In this document: piece after piece, positions 12,700-26,150 of the stretch
Layout: each line of letters opens with the position of its first letter
Position numbering within the stretch: position 1 is the stretch's first letter
From: Octopus vulgaris
Taxonomy: Eukaryota
DNA length: 64,000 nucleotides
Reading direction: 5' to 3'
Assembly (NCBI GenBank): GCA_951406725.2
Contig: OX597815.1
Span: 84,382,001-84,446,000, forward strand
Position numbers and translations under genes: made by a program
Notes under the pieces: model-generated
Told to the model about the DNA's origin: nothing
What the model saw: the letters and a program-made list of their open reading frames with translations, nothing else
The model's database searches: none

Positions 12700-14830
12700 T
12701 TGAGAGCCTTATGGACAGATAGAAGGTGATCGATGCCCGCCCGGTACTATCCCTGTCAAGGAACTGCATCGCCATGCCGAAGCTGTTGTGTACACTCCGC
12801 AAAGCAGTGGTAATGCCTTTCGGAGACTCACGGCCAAAGTCTTATGTATCTCTGTCTGTAGGTGAGGGACTCAGCCCGGTACAGACGGGGATCGGCCTAG
12901 CCATTGAGTGTGAGGGAGCTGCCCATGCCACTAGACAGTTTTTCTCTGATTGCCCTCTAGAGCCGACATCGAGCGACTCCGAACGCCTCATTGTCAAAGA
13001 TCCGAGCGTGCCCCGCAGCACAAAGTCATACCATCTTCGACCGTTGTACAATAGGGAGATCCGTTGGGACCTATTCGCTCTTGGGATGGACAGCATCATT
13101 CGGAGCATCGGAGCTCTTTCAACATCTGGTACCTTGACGATATTAGGATATGTGGTCCAGTAGACAGTGTCTGCAACTATCTCTGCTCAGCGGCTCTCAT
13201 TCTAGTGAGGGTCGGTCACGAGATAATCTCGCCCAAGTTGGATGTTGTGAACGCCAACTAGATGTAGGGAGATTTACGGCCTCCGTCTCGGAAGTACGTT
13301 CACTACTTCGCCAGGTACAGGAGACCTCAAAGGAGGACGTCCTTATCCTAGCTTCGCTGATACTCCTGCCTGCCATTTGCTCCACCCTCAGGTCTAAGCA
13401 CCTCTTACGGACAGATAGAAGACGATCGTCGCCCACCCAGCATCTCTGTCTGTAGGTGAGGAACTCAGCCCGGTGCAGACGGGGATCGGCCTAGCCATTG
13501 AGTATGAGGAAGCCGCTCATGCCGCTAGACAGATTTTCTCTGATTGTCCGCTAGAGCCGACATCGAGCGACTCCAAACACCTCATTGTCAAACTTTGGCC
13601 ATGAGTCTCCGAAAGGTATTACCATTGCTAGACATTCCCGAGAGCGATTAGGCGGGCTGAAGAGGAGAGGCCTCGGGGATAAAGGTCCAGGGTGTCTAGA
13701 TACATCTGAAAAAATATTATAATTCATATATAATATTATATATAAGTTTACTGTCAAGAAACTGCTTCGCCATGTCGAAGCTATTGTGTACACTCCGCAA
13801 TGCCTCTTGCTACAACCACGTGCCTCTCCTCTCACGGGTTTCGATGTGTGTATCCAACGGGCCAGCGAGGAGATATGCAACGTTCGGTTTGACGACACTG
13901 GATGGCAACAGTGCACCTTATCCATCAAATACGGTGGCCTCACTCTTCGAAATTCGGTTTCACTACCTTGCCGACTTTCCTCTCGTCGGTGACCTTTTGC
14001 CACGTCCTCATTACAGAGTTCTTCACACAAAACTATGCGACATGGAGCCAGCTCGGCCTGCGCCACACTGACGCCCTCTCCTCTGTAGACGTCAAGTCCT
14101 CTTAAAAGAAATGGGACAGCATTCATGACTGCGGATGAGTTAGTGCGCCAACTTGACCAGCACCGTCTAGCAAGTTTTATCTCAGCCTTCGAATCTCACA
14201 GCGGAACTTGGTTCGATGCGGTGTCATCACTAGCAACTGGCACTCAATTCGATGGTGACTGCCTGCGCATTGGCGTTTTCCTGATGCTTGGTCTCCAGAT
14301 CTGTGAGCTTAATGAATGCCGCTGTGGATCCATTCTACATTCTTTCATTCCACCCACTGACATGTTGTCATAGTGCTGGCCACCTTCATGCCATACTGCC
14401 CATAACAAGATCATAACGTATGGTCTAGTTGTCGCAGGCTTCCATTCCCAGCTCGTACCAGTGGAGCCGGACGGTATAACAATTTACCTGTTCCGTGGCG
14501 ATAGGCCCCACATCGAGAATGCCATATGCTGACACCTTCTCCAGCAGCAGTTGGTGTTTTCAGCTACTAGCACAAGCTGCGCTGCTCGTCAGGCTGAGAA
14601 AAGCAAACTGTCAAAACATCGATCGTTCTCTGATAGGTTTATGGTTGTGCCTGTGGCAGCTGAGACCTCAACGTTCACCGCTATCAGAGCGAAGATCGCT
14701 TTCGGCAAATGCGAGCCTCATGAGTCAGAGTGACTGTTCCAGCGCATCTCCGTTGCTATCATTCGGGGTAAATCCTTTACCATTCTGCCTGCTAGTGCCA
14801 TGAAATATTTTTCTTTATTGTGAGAGGTAA
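12700..14830 (+). mobile_element. CRE-clade non-LTR retrotransposon relic (RT + zinc knuckle + restriction-like endonuclease), rearranged
   Basis: GNAFRRLTAK (12809), LSPVQTGIG..CEGAAHATRQF, Q*GDPLGP, NIWYLDD (13120-13140), QCTLSIKYGGL, HSGTWFDAV, CRCG, PDG (14467), VPVAAETS, FQRISVAIIRG. Confidence 0.85.
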
Positions 14831-15551
14831 GATTCTCCGCATTTGAGTAATACAACGTCTCTATTACTTAAACCTAAGATAGTGAAAACAACAAAAATCG
14901 GATATTTTACAAATTTATTCTATCATGACAACCCTAACACCTTGTACAGTAAACGCTTCTTTATATACGACAATACAGTGTTATTTAATGGAAATTTGGT
15001 TACTAATTCTGTCAAGTCAAGCCAAGCGATCGGTCATGATGGTGCCATTAGAGATAGCTTTGATAACCAATGACACCGCCGATACGATGTTCATATAATC
15101 GTTCTGATGACTACTATGATGATGAGAACCATGCTGTATATCATGGCCACCCTGATTATCAGTATTGTATTGATAGTGTTGGTCATGATTATAATATTGA
15201 TACTGATAAGCATGTTAATAACTCTGATGATGGTTTTGTTGATAATGCTCATGAAGCTGATAATGAAGACGATAGTAGATGTAAGCAACATATTGCCGCC
15301 AGGCAGGTGTCATAATTAACTCTATTTGATCCAGTCTCAATCAAATCTTGGATTTTGATGAATGCACCTGAGCTTGCTATTGTTGTTTGTTTTAGTTGCT
15401 TGTAATGAGACACAGGTCGACGGCAAATACGATGATATATATATATATATACGTTTGCATGTGCATGTTCTCTTTCTCCCTCTACCTCCCTCCTCCCTCT
15501 CTCTCTCCTTCTCTCTCACTTTCTCTTACACACACAATCATACACACGTGT

Positions 15552-15582
<31 letters not shown>

Positions 15583-15794
15583 CTTCTATGTCTGCGAGTA
15601 TGTGCGCGCGTAACTTATTTACATACGCCAACATTCTTCAGATTTTCAATGAACAACTCATGAAATAATCAGATTTCTGTATGTCGTCTTCGCCGTTTTA
15701 TTTTTTCCTCCTTGTCCCTCTCTAACATAGATACATACATATATGTGTGTGGGTGTGTGGGTGGGTGTGGGTGGGTGGGTGTGTATGTGTGTGT

Positions 15795-15848
<54 letters not shown>

Positions 15849-16361
15849 AGACAGTTGTATGCATACATATATGTACGTACACAAGTTAATATGCGAACAA
15901 GCATGGTTGGCATTGCATATGTACATCTTATACTGAATTTCTAGAATGCTTTATATTTTTAACAGTGCCTTTCATAACAAGTAGCTATTGTCTTCTAGTT
16001 AATCGCATTCTTCTTGGTTTTGAGAATCACAGTTTGTCAAGCATAGTATCGAAGCAATTAGTCATGTTGTCATATGCTGAAATAATTAGTAGAAATGTAA
16101 AGTTATAATCTCGATAGAGTACCGGCAGTTTTCTTATCACTGCAGCATAGATATTCACCGTTTCATTAATCTTTAACATTTACTTGACATACACTTGTAA
16201 TCTCCGTTGTTTTCTATTATGAGAATTCATTTGTTCAGTCTAATAAATTCTGTCAAATTTGAATTAAATAGCTAAATAACGATTAAATAGCTAATCATTT
16301 TACAGATCAGTATATCCTAGCCGTAATTCTCTGACAGGGTCAACGTGACAAATTGTAACAG

Positions 16362-17393
16362 AATCCATGAAGATATTCTGAGAACTTTAACAGACAATGC
16401 TCCTTCATATGCAACAGTCAAACGCAGGGTAAATGAATTCCAGCGTGGCAGGGAGATTGTGGAAGATGATCCCAGACCAGGGAGACCTCCAACTGCAACC
16501 ACCGAGGACAACATTGACCATGCTCTTGGTATGATAATGCAAGATCCTCAGATAGCCGAGAGACAGAGCATCTCAACTGAAAGAGCAGACAAAAGAACTT
16601 CGGTTCTCAAAGGTTTCTGCACGGTGGATCCCTCGCCTTTTGATTCCTGAACAGAAACGCACCAGGTGCACTTTGTCCACGAGCAATCTGCAACTGTTTG
16701 AAGCCGATAAAGAGAATTTTCTTGCTCGTTTCATTACTATGGACGAAAGTTGGGTTTATCACAACCAGCTTGAAGCCAAAGAACAAGCAAAGCAGTGGAA
16801 GCACACATCCTCTCCTGCCGCAAAGAAAGCCAATGTCATTCCTTCAGCTGCCAAGGTCATGGCGTCAGTATTTTTGGATTCTCAAGGTGTCTTGCTGATC
16901 GATTACCTTGAAAAGGGTCACACCGTGACAGGACTGTATTGTTCTCAGCTACTGAAACGCCTCCGAGAAGCAATCAAAGAAAAAAGGCCAGGAATGCTCA
17001 ACACAGGAGTCCTTTTTCATCATGACAATGCTCCAGTTCACACCTCAGTGGTTGCCATGGCAACAATTCGTGATTGTGAGTAAGAACTTGTTCCCCGTCC
17101 GCCTTATTCGCCAGACTTAGCCCCCTCTGACTTTTATCTGTTCCCAAAGATGAAAAAGCCCTGGCTGATCGCCATTTTGCCAGTGACAATGACGTCATAG
17201 ACGCTGTAGGAAGTTTCTTGGAGTCTCAAATAAAAGAGTTCCTCTACACCGGGATAACTGCGCTTCAGCACCGCTGGAGAAAGTGATCAATCATCGAGTG
17301 GGAAGGGGCTATGTTGAAAAATAAATCATCAGAAGTCTTGTAATATGTTTTTTTTATTTTTTGAGGTTCAAGACTCTCCATACACCCCTCGTA
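16362..17393 (+). mobile_element. Mariner (D,D34D-type) transposon, 5' truncated, transposase pseudogene
   Basis: PRPGRP, RWIPRLL, ITMDESW, HHDNAPVH, PYSPDLAPSDF and GYVEK* over frameshifts and stops; right end cacccctcg|TA resembles a mariner TIR plus TA target. Confidence 0.93.
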
Positions 17394-17398
17394 TATGT

Positions 17399-17451
<53 letters not shown>

Positions 17452-17479
17452 CATACATACATACGTACATACACACAAG

Positions 17480-17518
<39 letters not shown>

Positions 17519-17546
17519 ATATTAATATATATTTATATATATACAT

Positions 17547-17735
17547 AGCGGCGAGCTGGCAAAAACGTTAGCACGCCGAGCTAACCGATATTTTGTTTAC
17601 GTTTACGTTCTAAGTTCAAATATCGCCGGGGTCGACTTTGCTTTTCATCTATTTGGGGTCGATAACTTAAGCACCAGTTGCTTACTGGAGTCGATCTAAA
17701 TATTTCGGGCCTTGTGCCTGAAGTAGAAAAGAATA
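17547..17735 (+). mobile_element. Nin-domain-like SINE
   Basis: gcggcgagctggcaaaaacgttagcacgcc...gtcgactttgcttttcatc...gggccttgtgcctgaagtagaaaagaa. Confidence 0.85.
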
Positions 17736-17877
17736 TATGTATATATATATAATAATAAGGGTAAATAATTTTTCGATGGGTTTTCAGACAACCAACAATT
17801 ATTTACCGGTAGATTTCGGTATGTAAATATGACCTTTAGCGGCGGGAACTTCTGTGGAGTTCAGTATATATAGTATA

Positions 17878-18261
17878 CTAGCAGTATCGCCCGGCGTTGC
17901 TCAGGTTTGTAAGGGAAATAACTATAAAGCATTTTTAGAGAGTTATAGCCAAAATATAGCAAAAAAATGGAAAAAAAATGATGGTAAATTTTTTTGATAG
18001 TTAAAAAAGGTGGAGTTGCGTCCCCTAGACGGTCTGTGGTTTGTGTTTCTGATTCTCGACCCCATGTCGAATTTATCGATTTTTTTCAGAACTGGGGGAA
18101 CTTTTCAAAATTTTCGCTGCGTTAGTTTTGAATTATGACATTGGGCTATGTGTGTGTCAAGTTTCATCAGAATCGGTTGAAAGCCGTGGTCAGGGTGAGG
18201 GTACAAGCAAACAGACACACAGAAACACGCACAGACAAACTGCCGTTTATATAGAGAGAGA
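17878..18261 (-). mobile_element. Non-autonomous Helitron
   Basis: A|TC start, subterminal hairpin and CTAG|T end on the minus strand; mirror of 18800-19186. Confidence 0.85.
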
Positions 18262-18439
18262 TAAGTAAAAGGGCAGACAACAGATTGCTTTGCCGCATAC
18301 CGAAAGAATTAGAAATAGCAGTCAGAGACTGTTTATTTCCATTTTCTACAAGTGGGGGCTCCATATACGACATAACCCTGCAATTCACATATGCAAAATA
18401 GGAGGAGTAAATAAACGAAAACAATGCCTTACAGTTAAT

Positions 18440-18496
18440 GGCGAACATGTTTCTAGATCGGAGGCGAGAAGTTGCCTCATGTCTTTCTTCAGCACC
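18440..18496 (-). ncRNA. Minimal type I hammerhead ribozyme (mirror of 19501-19557)
   Basis: ggtg CTGAAGA a aga-cat-gaggc..gcctc-cga-tct a GAAA CATG TT cgcc. Confidence 0.8.
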
Positions 18497-18799
18497 GTCT
18501 TCATTAGATTTATTAAATGCCACCAGCCTCCACTTTTGACCAGGCGTCATCAAATAGTGGGGGGAGAGTGAGCATAGGCTACAGCTATGGAGACGATTGG
18601 ATCCGTAGTACGCATGGCAGAATTTTGGAGGGAAAATTGTTTTCGTTTATTTACTCCTCCTATTTTGCATATGTGAATTGATGGGTTATGTCGTATATGG
18701 AGCCCTCACTTGTAGAAAATGGAAATAAACAGTCTCTGACTGCTATTTCTAATTCTTTCGGTATGCGGCAAAGCAACCTGTTGCCTGCCCTTTTACTTA

Positions 18800-19186
18800 T
18801 CTCTCTCTATATAAACGGCAGTTTGTCTGTGTGTGTTTCTGTGTGTCTGTTTGCTTGTACCCTCACTCTGACCACGGCTTTCAACCGATTCTGATGAAAC
18901 TTGACACACACATAGCCCAATGTCATAATTCAAAACTAACGCAGCGAAAATTTTGAAAAGTTCCCCCAGTTCTGAAAAGGATCGATAAATTCGACATGGG
19001 GTCGACAATCAGAAACACAAACCACAGATGGTCTAGGGGACGCAACTCGACCTTTTTAACTATCAAAAAAAAATTTACCATCATTTTTTTCCCCCATTTT
19101 TTTGCTATTTTTTTGCTATAACTCTCTAAAAATGCTTTATAGTTATTTCCCTTACAAACCCGAGCAACGCCGGGCGATACTGCTAG
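18800..19186 (+). mobile_element. Non-autonomous Helitron
   Basis: A|TCTCTC... start; CCCGAGC-aac-GCCGGG hairpin; CTAG|T end. Confidence 0.88.
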
Positions 19187-19500
19187 TATACTATATATAC
19201 TGAACTCCACAGAAGTTTCCGCCGCTAAACGTCATATTTACATACCGAAATCTACGGGTAAATAATTGTTGGCTGTCTGAAAAACCATCGAAAAAATTAT
19301 TTACCCTTATTATTACATTACTAATTGGATTTTTCACTCCCTTACGACTATCCCGGTAGTACGCATGGCAGAATTTTGGAGGGAAAATTTACAGATTCAA
19401 TCGTCTACATAGCTTTAGCCTATGCTCACTCTCCCCCCACTATTTGATGACGCCTGGTCAAAAGTGGAGGCTGGTGGCATTTAATAAATCTAATGAAGAC

Positions 19501-19557
19501 GGTGCTGAAGAAAGACATGAGGCAACTTCTCGCCTCCGATCTAGAAACATGTTCGCC
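19501..19557 (+). ncRNA. Minimal type I hammerhead ribozyme
   Basis: Stem I GGUG/CGCC, core CUGAAGA (19505-11), stem II AGA+GAGGC/GCCUC+UCU, GAAA (19544-47), palindromic stem III ACAUGU, GUU cleavage triplet. Confidence 0.82.
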
Positions 19558-19731
19558 ATTAACTGTAAGGCATTGTTTTCGTTTATTTACTCCTCCTATT
19601 TTGCATATGTGAATTGAAGGGTTATGTCGTATATGGTGCCCCCACTTGTAGAAAATGGAAATAAACAGTCTCTGACTGCTATTTCTAATTCTTTCGGCAT
19701 GCGGCAAAGCAACCTGTTGCCTGCCCTTTTA

Positions 19732-19777
<46 letters not shown>

Positions 19778-19781
<4 letters not shown>

Positions 19782-20801
19782 ACATAAATGACCATTCCAG
19801 AGTCGTAAATCACTGCAAAGTGAAAATATTTGCTGATGACACTAAGCTCCAGCAAATCATCAATAAAGAAGAAGACCGAACTCAACTCCAGTATGATCTA
19901 TATGCTGAGAGTCAATGGGCAGACAAAAGCAAAATGCAACTGAGAGAAAATTTGAGCTGATGCATTTTAGAAGAAAGTCTATACTAAAACAGCCATACTC
20001 TCTTCCTTCAGGGGAACCGCTCACAGCATCTAACAATATATAATTGGGTATAATTGTAGATAACCATCTCAGTTGGAGTGCCCACAACAACAATAAGGTC
20101 GATATAGCTTGTAGGATGAGCTCCTGGATTTTAAGAACATTTCGGTCCAGAGAACTAGGTGTCATCATTCAAGTTTTCTCCTCCTTTGTACGGCCACACC
20201 TCAAATACTGCTGCCCCTTGTGGTCTCCCCATACAAAACAGAACATCTAGATGATTGGATCGCCCCAGAGGACACTCACTAAACGAATTGAAAGCATGAC
20301 TGATCTTGGTTATTGGGACCGCCTTAAAGCATTGAAACTCTACTCTCTCCAGCGCCGCCGCGAATGGTACATCATTTGTACAATGTTGAGAATATACCGC
20401 CAGCATTGCCCAAACGACCTGAATATTAGTTTCAAGGTTCATCCAAGGCTGGTACTACGGGCCTTACGTCCCCTGCCCAATTCAGGATCACAGCATATAG
20501 GTACACTGCAACATAATTTCTTTTCCTCAAGAGGCCCTGCCCTGTTTAACATTATCCCAAAAGAGATCAAAGAGGAAGAGGATCTCATCACCTTTAAACG
20601 GAGTCTGGACAGATTTCTTCAAGGAATACCGTATAAGCCACCCATACCTGGATACAACTCAACAAGATCTCACTACTTGAATAGACCATAAACAAAACTT
20701 TACTTAAACAGGGTTTAGATAATCCTATCAGGTGGTGCTATTAAGTTAGACATGGCCTGGATCAATCTTTGGTCGAAACATATCTAAGTTTATCTAAGTT
20801 T
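19778..20801 (+). mobile_element. CR1/L2-group LINE, 3' fragment of ORF2 and 3' UTR
   Basis: IYIND, FADDTKL (19829), LGIIVDNHLSW, FVRPHLKYCCPLWSP, SLQRRR; ends in the tandem tail (tatctaagtt)2. Confidence 0.9.
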
Positions 20802-21344
20802 ATATATACATACATACTCACACACACAAACGCACATATATGTGTATTAGGCTGGAATGAAAGTCCTGACGCATTTTAACACTTTGATAATAGCTTTTTC
20901 ACTACTTGCGTTACAATACGCATTAGTTTTTATATTATATTGTTGGGGGTTTGTTTTGATGTTTTGCTGTCGTCGTCGTCGTCGTTGTCACTGTTGTTGT
21001 CGTTGTTTTGTTTTGTTTTGTTTTGGGTTTTTTTTTAAAGGCACACTTCTCTGAAGGGCATCAAAGAATCACATCTGCTCAGCTTATACTACATTTCATG
21101 TACACCCGATAGCACGAGATTGGTGGTATCTCTTTCTCGCAAATAAATGCTACGCCGAGTGATACATAATTTCAAAACTCTCGGTCATAGGACATGTTTA
21201 CAAACATGATGCAAGATTAGTCGACATGGAATATTTGCAACGATTGTAAACTATATAATGGAAATAATATTGCAAACACCAATCTCTATTATATATATAC
21301 ATATAGATATATACTTATATATATATATGCATATATATATACGT

Positions 21345-21415
<71 letters not shown>

Positions 21416-21583
21416 TATATATATATGTATATGTATGTAACTATGTATAGGAATAAGTGTATATATATGTATATATGTATGTATATGCATGTATATATAT
21501 ATACACACATATATATATATACATACATATATATATATATACACATATATATATATATATTTATTTATATGTATGTATATACA

Positions 21584-21636
<53 letters not shown>

Positions 21637-21740
21637 ATGTATGTATGTTTGAATGTATTTAAAGATATGTGTATGTATGTATATATATATGTAAGTATAT
21701 ATGCATGCATGTATTTATAGATATGTTGTATTTGTATATA

Positions 21741-21776
<36 letters not shown>

Positions 21777-22436
21777 TGTGTATACGTACATACATATATC
21801 TGTGATATATGTGTGCGTATTTATGAGAGAGTCAGATTCCTATTATTCATCTTTGACCTCCAAGTCATCAATGCCATCATTCTATTGCGCCAATCTGTCT
21901 CACACAATTATTAGAGCTAGGCCTTCCCCGCTGTGTTTTGTTGTGGCCCTTATTGTTATTCGTCATTTCATTTTTGTTGTTAAAATGTTTACTCTCATTA
22001 TTTCTTAGGATATCGTAATGTACGTGTCGTCCGCTATTATATTTGTTTTATTCGTGGCACCATCGACAATAAAGCTGTTTATCGTTGCATTCATAAATTT
22101 ATAAATATTTTGAACTTAACAGTGGTATGTTTTGTTGCTGCTGTAGTCACTGATATTTTGATAACACGTGCACACTCAAATAAACTCACACGTATGTATG
22201 CTTATTTGTGTGCATGTCTCTGTATGTGTATATGTGAGTGCGTGTGTATGTGTATACGCGCGCGCATGCTTGCGTGTGTGTGTCATATATAAAATGCATA
22301 ACTTTTCTAGCTGGTTTCATATATATAACTGAATAAATGAAAAGCATGTGCGAGTAAAAAGAAGGTGAGTATAAATGCATATATATACATGCATATAGAT
22401 AGATAGAAAGATAGATAGATAGATAGATATAGAAAC

Positions 22437-22544
<108 letters not shown>

Positions 22545-22694
22545 GTATGTATTTATGTATGTATGTATGTATGTATATCAGTTGAATAAAGTTACATGGT
22601 CTGGTCTTCACGTTCTTTATTGTTGTATTTAAAAACAAATTTTTTACTATGTTCAAGTGTGTTAAAAATTAAAAAACAAAAATTGTAATGTTCA

Positions 22695-22732
22695 TCATAC
22701 GCTTTCATACTTTCATAGTAATCATCAGATAT
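22695..22732 (-). ncRNA. Degenerate minimal hammerhead in the Penelope 3' UTR/pLTR
   Basis: CTGATGA t TACT atgaa AGTA t GAAA gcg TA; core and stem II present, stems I and III imperfect; expected position downstream of the ORF. Confidence 0.5.
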
Positions 22733-23564
22733 CAGAGTATATTTAACTGACAGTTGAGTTCTTGACAGCTGTAGTAAACTGACTGACTTCTCCTTTTTAT
22801 ACCCCTAAAAAGGCTCTAACAAGCTGAATTGCTCGAATACGGTTTTGACTAGTCCGCATTTTCAAGGTTAACCGGGCGCACCGATATTACTGGTATAGAT
22901 CCCGCCTTTATTTTAACCAATTAGCTTGCAGTTTACTTGTAATGGTTTTATGAATGAGCAAACTTGGTTTCGATCGTTTTTATTTGAATTGGAAGAAGTC
23001 TTCTGTAATTTGTTTATATTTATATGTTAAAGATATTTTTTTAATCCACATCATTAATTGGTTGTTATATTATTGTTGTTATTTCCGTTCAGAACAGGTT
23101 TGATCATTTTAGTTTTTATTTTATCTTTCTTTCAACCTCACTTGTGTCATGTAGTTTGCGGAAAGTAAAAATTAGAAACATTTTCTGACCACGTTTCTAT
23201 GTGCTCGCTCAATGGAATTTAGTGAACATTAGGGTTCCGGATTTGTTGTCGGTGGACTCATGAGCGTTCCTATAATGCATTCCTTCTCTCTCCAATATAT
23301 AGTCCCCGCAATTAGGACATTAAATGCAATAGATCAAGTACCTGCTTTTGCTGTTCATATCTGCATCTCCGAAAATCTGTCCGTTTTCTTTTTAAATGGA
23401 TCTACCAGTATGCATGTATTGACACGTTCCACATGTATTATCATTACACTTGGATACTGTGAATGTTTCATCCTGCTAGTTCATGTTGAATTTAACCTTT
23501 GTTACTAGTTTCATTAGGTAATGTGGTTACCTTTTGCTTAAGATAAGTGTTTGATTAGTTATCT

Positions 23565-23982
23565 CTTTTACTCTTTACTCTTTTACTTGTTTCAGTCATT
23601 TGACTGCGGCCATGCTGGAGCACTGCATTTATTCGAGCAACTCGACCCCGGGACTTATTCTTTTGTAAGCCCAGTACTTATTCTATCTGTCTCTTTTGCC
23701 GAACCGCTAAGTAACGGGGACATAAACACACTAGCATCGGTTGTCAAGCAATGCTAGGGGGACAAACACACTCACACAAACACACACACGCATATATATA
23801 TATATATACATACCTACGACGGGCTTCTTTCAGTTTCCGTCTACCAAATCCACTCACAAGGCTTTCGTCGGCCCGAGGCTATAGTAGAAGACACTTGCCC
23901 AAGGTGCCACGCAGTGGGACTGAACCCGGAACCATGTGGCTGGTAAACAAGCTATTTACCACACAGCCACTCCTGCGCCTAT
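23565..23982 (-). mobile_element. CORE-like tRNA-derived SINE, full length, inserted in the Penelope element
   Basis: Minus strand: taggcgcaggagtggctgtgtggtaa (A-box-like), gggttcagtccc (B-box-like), ccttgggcaagtgtc, tail ctccagcatggccgcagtcaaatgactgaaacaag(taaaagag)n. Confidence 0.9.
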
Positions 23983-25276
23983 GATTTTTTTTAAAATAAT
24001 TTTTCACTGGCAAATTTGTTTCAATGATGGTAAAAATGTTTGAGTGAGCGGATTGTGTGTTACTAGAAATGGTATCGTGTTCCGTTGATGGGTTCGTCTT
24101 TCTCGTGTCCCTTTAAGTTGTTTTATAGGTATCTCTTTTGCTCGTTGTATGCTATATTCTAGAAGTAAGAGGGGTATTTTTGCTTGAGTAGAAATCCTCT
24201 GAGTTCTATAAGTCGTATGTTCTTGGTATTTGGATCATCTACTATAGTACAATTTTTCTATCTAGACATTGCGGGATGTTGCGTTTTGTATGTGTTGGGT
24301 GGCATGATTTGAAATTTAGGTACTGGTGTGTACCTGTACTTTTGTAATAAATATCAATAGGATTATTTTTAATTACCATTATGTCAAGAAATGGTAACTG
24401 TGTGTTGCTTATTTCTCTTGTGAATTTGAGAGTAAGGTGTAGATTGTTGAGGAGGGTGCTGAATTATTCCAGATTTTCTCGAGATTTGGTCCGAATTAGG
24501 AAACAATCATCGAGGTATCTTTTCCATATTTTCTGTATATGTCATCTGAAGGTTATGCCGTAGTTCTCTTCTATCTTTTTATATAGATTTTGTTCCAAGT
24601 ATCGCAATACTGAATTCGCGAAGAATGGAGCAAATCGCGTCCCAGTAGTTGTGCCCCGAATTTGGAGGTAGTTTTTTTCCGTTGAAAAGGAATGTATTGT
24701 TTTCGAGGATGAGGCTGGCTGTGTCTAGTATGTAGGTTACAGTAAGTCTACTGAGGATCACTTCTCTATGTTTCTCCATTCAATATTTTATGGCAGTAAT
24801 TCTCAAATCATGAGGAATATTCTTATATAAGTTTGTTACATCAAAACTAACAAACAGTGAATTGGATTCTGTTGCTTTGGGCTGATGTGACAGGAAATCG
24901 ATGTCATCCCGAATAAAACTGGGTGTGTGACTACATAGGGGTTTTAGGATAATGTCAATATATATCTAAATATATAAATACATACATCCATATATAAATA
25001 CAAATATACATACATAAATACAGCATACATACATTCATATACACACATACACATACATACCTATATGCATACATGCATAAATACATACTTAGATACATAC
25101 ATAAATACATAAATATATATATATATGCATGCATAATGCATACATACATACATACATACATATACATACATACATACATACATACATACATACACACATA
25201 CATACATACATAATACATACATACATACATACATACATACATACATACATACATACATACATACATACATACATAC

Positions 25277-26150
25277 AACCTGAGCACCCTCAAGCAGGAG
25301 CTAAAAGCTGTCAGTGAGAAACTCCGATATCAGAGCAGAATAACCGAGAGATAAAACAATAAACAAAATATTTAACCGGAACCAGGTAGCAGTATACAGA
25401 AACACGAGTAGAGAAGCAGTGAATAACAGAGAAGCTCCTTCACGCGAAGACATAGACTCCCTCTGGAGGAAAATCTAGAGCAAGGAAAAGTTTAGCCAAG
25501 ATGCTCTGTGACTTGAAAAAATTCGAAGTCATTGTACATGCATTACACCCAAGACATACAGCATTGATGGTGATACCCTTGGAACTGTGATCCAGAAACT
25601 TCAGGATGGAAAAACACCTGGAAGACACTTCACTGTTGGATATTGGTACAAGAAGCTAACCTTCTACAGACCATACCTTATTTACCTGTGCCAGCAGTCT
25701 CTCAATAGGAATAGTAGAATACCACACTAGTTAGCTCTGGCAGAGACGAAACTGATTCCCAAATGCAGAACCACTCGCATGGCAAAACACTACCGGCCAC
25801 ATGTATACCAGAGCATAATGTGTAAAATGTATACAGCATGTGTGGACCCCTTCCTCCAAGACGACTGAAAGGAATAACATCATCACAGCAGAACAAGCAG
25901 CTGAGAAGAAGAGAGTCTGGGATGTGCCGAGCAATTGTTAATAAACAAAACCGTAATGTCAGAGGTACGGAGACACTGAAGGAACTTAGATTTAATATGG
26001 CTAGACTACAAGAAAGATTTTGACTCTGTTCCCTACCCACGGATGCTAGAAGCCCCTCAACTTGCTAAATTTCCAGTGAAAATAGTCAAAGCCATAGCCG
26101 ACCTGATTTCACCGTGGACCACCGTTTTTAAATTAAACAAAAGGCGTGAT
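25277..26150 (+). mobile_element. R4/Dong-like non-LTR retrotransposon RT fragment
   Basis: YRP..TCASS, GCAEQLLINK (25920), WLDYKKDFDSVP (25998), across frameshifts. Confidence 0.7.

Larger units (their letters stand above)
17750..19733. repeat. Composite inverted and tandem repeat of a hammerhead-bearing, Penelope pLTR-like unit
   Basis: 17750-18425 is inverted at 18636-19315; 18263-18603 is inverted at 19394-19733; gtagtacgcatggcagaattttggagggaaaatt is directly repeated at 18605 and 19356; arms differ by scattered substitutions. Confidence 0.93.
22575..24957 (-). mobile_element. Penelope-like retroelement (RT + Cys-rich linker + GIY-YIG), 5' truncated and degraded
   Basis: VSFDVTNLYKNIP (about 24830), ENNTFLFNG, GTRFAP, WKRYLDDCF (24506-17), LPFLD, HQYLNFKSCHP, CNDNTCGTC, LIYCI*CPNC, YIGE (23288), HRQQI, SEHI; both ends in TA-rich microsatellite. 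Confidence 0.93.
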
